NCBI GenBank assembly: GCA_032718475.1
Contig: JAUCBJ010004038.1
Span: 1-36,738, forward strand
Direction: 5' to 3'
DNA length: 36,738 nt
Source of the DNA: Nemertoderma westbladi
Taxonomy: Eukaryota; Animalia; Xenacoelomorpha
The notes below the pieces were generated by a model that was not told the DNA's origin, did no database searches, and saw only the letters and a program-made list of their open reading frames with translations. Numbering within the stretch: position 1 is the stretch's first letter; every line of letters starts with the position of its first letter. Positions 34,301 to 36,738 of the stretch are shown here, piece after piece. Position numbers and translations under genes: made by a program.

Positions 34301-35755
34301 GGGTGTTTTAATGAGTCAATAACTGTTTACTAGGGTGTTGTAATGAGCTCATAGCTGCTTACTAGAGTGTTTTAATGAGTCAATAACTGTTTACTAGGGT
34401 GTTGTAATGAGCTCATAGCTGCTTACTAGGGTGTTTTAATGAGCCAATAATTGTTTACTAGGGTGTTTTAATGAGTCAATAGCTGCTTACTAGGGTGTAG
34501 TAAGGAGCCAATAACTGTTTACTAGGGTGTTTTAATGAGTCAATAACTGTTTACTTGGGTGTTGTAATGAGCTCATAGCTGCTTACTAGAGTGTTTTAAT
34601 GAGCCAATAACTGTTTACTAGGGTGTTGTAATGAGCTCATAGCTGCTTACTAGGGTGTTTTAATGAGCCAATAATTGTTTACTAGGGTGTTGTAATGAGT
34701 CAATAACTGTTTACTAGGGTGTTTTAATGAGCCAATAATTGTTTACTAGGGTGTTGTAATGAGTCAATAACTGTTTACTAGGGTGTTTTAATGAGCTCAT
34801 AGCTGCTTACTAGGGTGTTTTAATGAGTCAATAGCTGCTTACTAGGGTGTTTTAATGAGCCAATAACTGCTTCTAGAGTGTTTTAATGAGTCAATAACTG
34901 TTTACTAGGGTGTTGTAATGAGTCAATAACTGTTTACTAGGGTGTAGTGAGGAGCCAATAACTGTTTACTAGGGTGTTTTAATGAGTCAATAACTGTTTA
35001 CTTGGGTGTTTTAATGAGCTCATAGCTGCTTAATACGGTGTTTTAATGAGTCAATAACTGTTTACTAGGGTGTTTTAATGAGCTCATAGCTGCTTACTAG
35101 GGTGTTTTAATGAGTCAATAGCTGCTTACTAGGGTGTTTTAATGAGTCAATAACTGTTTACTAGGGTGTTTTAATGAGCAAATAACTGTTTACTAGGGTG
35201 TTTTAATGGGTCAATAACTGTTTACTAGGGTGTTTTAATGAGCAAATAACTGTTTACTAGGGTGTTTTAATGGGTCAATAACTGTTTACTAGGGTGTTTT
35301 AATGAGCTCATAGCTGCTTACTAGGGTGTTTTAATGAGCCAATAACTGTTCACTAGGGTGTTTTAATGAGTCAATAGCTGCTTACTATGGTGTTTTAATG
35401 AGCTCATAGCTGCTTACTAGGGTGTTTTAATGAGCCAATAACTGTTTAGTTTACTCGGGTGTTTTAATGTGTCAATAACTGTTTACTAGGGTGTTTTAAT
35501 GAGCCAATAACTGCTTACTAGGGTGTTTTAATGAGCTCATAGCTGCTTACTAGGGTGTTTTAATGAGCCAATAACTATTCACTAGGGTGTTTTAATGAGT
35601 CAATGGCTGCTTACTCGGGTGTTTTAATGAGCCAATAACTGTTTACTAGGGTGTGGTAATGAGCTCATAGCTGTTTACTCGGGTGTTTTAATGAGCCAAT
35701 AACTGTTTACTAGGGTGTTTTAATGAGCTCATAAATAAATGCTAAGGGTGTTTTA
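28359..35755. repeat. 32-bp satellite, block 3
   Basis: Same consensus; ends about 20 bp from the exon C splice donor. Confidence 0.97.
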
Positions 35756-35776
35756 TTTTATAAACAATAAACCCAC

Positions 35777-35852
35777 CTGGCGTTCCATCTCTCCCTCTAT
35801 CCCCCGGTTCCCCTTTATCTCCCCTAATTTCACCTCCAAAAACTGAATCGCC
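35777..35852 (-). CDS. Collagen exon C
   Basis: TTCTAG acceptor, CAG|GTGGGT donor; GDSVFGGEIRGDKGEPGDRGRDGTP(G); 76 nt, phase 0 to 1. Confidence 0.88.
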
Positions 35853-35966
35853 CTAGAATTAAAAAAAACAATAAAAAATAAAACATCATATAAAAAATAA
35901 ATAAAGAACACCAACTGTAAACCTACATTTAATAAGCACTAGCACAGTAGATATTAAATCACGAAC

Positions 35967-36142
35967 CTTTTCTCCTTTGCTTCCATCGAGGCCCTTCATA
36001 CCATCCCGACCATCTCTACCATTGGCTCCTTGTTCTCCAGGCCAACCACTTCGACCTTGATCTCCTTTCGGTCCCTTCGGTCCAACTGGCCCTTCAACCA
36101 ATCCGCCCGGCTTTGTTATATTAAACTCTCTTCCAGGATTCC
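35967..36142 (-). CDS. Collagen exon B
   Basis: TAG acceptor, AAG|GTTCGT donor; (G)NPGREFNITKPGGLVEGPVGPKGPKGDQGRSGWPGEQGANGRDGRDGMKGLDGSKGEK; 176 nt, phase 1 to 0; the interruption contains an NIT sequon. Confidence 0.9.
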
Positions 36143-36261
36143 CTAATTATAACAAATCACTTCAATAACAAAGTATGTCAATAATAAAATTACAATCCAT
36201 CTAATTATAAATAATAATAATCTCTGATGTTACTTATATTCTCCTATAAGATCCACCAAAC

Positions 36262-36418
36262 CTTTATCGCCCCTGTCGCCCTTTCCACCCTTGCTTCCTT
36301 CCTTCCCCGGGTCACCCTTCGGCCCCATTTCTTCTCCCTGTTGGCCTCTCTTTCCGCTCTTGCCGACATCGCCTTTCTCGCCTTTCACTCCGACAAAACC
36401 TTGGTAACCCCTTTCGCC
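36262..36418 (-). CDS. Collagen (interrupted, type IV-like) exon A; the gene begins upstream of the window
   Basis: TTTTAG acceptor, G|GTTTGG donor; GERGYQGFVGVKGEKGDVGKSGKRGQQGEEMGPKGDPGKEGSKGGKGDRGDK(G); 157 nt, phase 0 to 1. Confidence 0.9.
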
Positions 36419-36738
36419 CTAAAAGGAACAGCGACACAAAATACCGTTACAAACTGGGGGGAAATACAAAATGTGGTTAGGAACACTCGGCACATTATAT
36501 AAACTTACAATTAATTAAACCGTGCTAAGCATGGTGAACTGGAGCTCTGACAATTCGCCCCTAGCGGCGGACAGATGAACTGTAAAAGACTGTCTGTGTG
36601 TAGAATTTCTACACATTTGATAGACTACATGTGAACCAAGTTTGGTTACATTTCATCCATGATTGACCGACTTATAACTATAAGCGTTCAAACGTTCCTG
36701 CCAGCTGCCACCCGCAAACTAATAATAGCTGCTGGAAC

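Noticed and set aside
20857-35755. CRISPR-like appearance of 32-bp periodic repeats
   Set aside because: No unique spacers and no cas genes; these are head-to-tail monomers in a spliceosomal intron.

Overview
Animal (probably invertebrate) genomic DNA. The whole window lies inside a minus-strand, interrupted (collagen IV-like) Gly-X-Y collagen gene. Ten exons can be spliced by hand with matching phases, except for a +1 frameshift in exon 2311-2565. The introns carry most of the interest. An intronless FKBP8/FKBP38-like gene is nested on the opposite strand (10545-12581) and has a long acidic N-terminus with two heptad-repeat blocks. A 154-bp palindrome (4532-4685) encodes an intact minimal type I hammerhead ribozyme on both strands, fused to a tRNA-like Pol III head and next to an AP-endonuclease LINE fragment. 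There is also a second, degenerate hammerhead-like core and an 83-bp minisatellite built from a collagen exon end plus its splice donor. A 32-bp satellite of about 15 kb shows higher-order repeats and two near-identical 1.2-kb inserts. Several non-autonomous DNA transposons (MULE-like with a 9-bp TSD, Sola-like, foldback-like) and a CR1-type RT fragment are also present. All calls are by eye; no searches were run.
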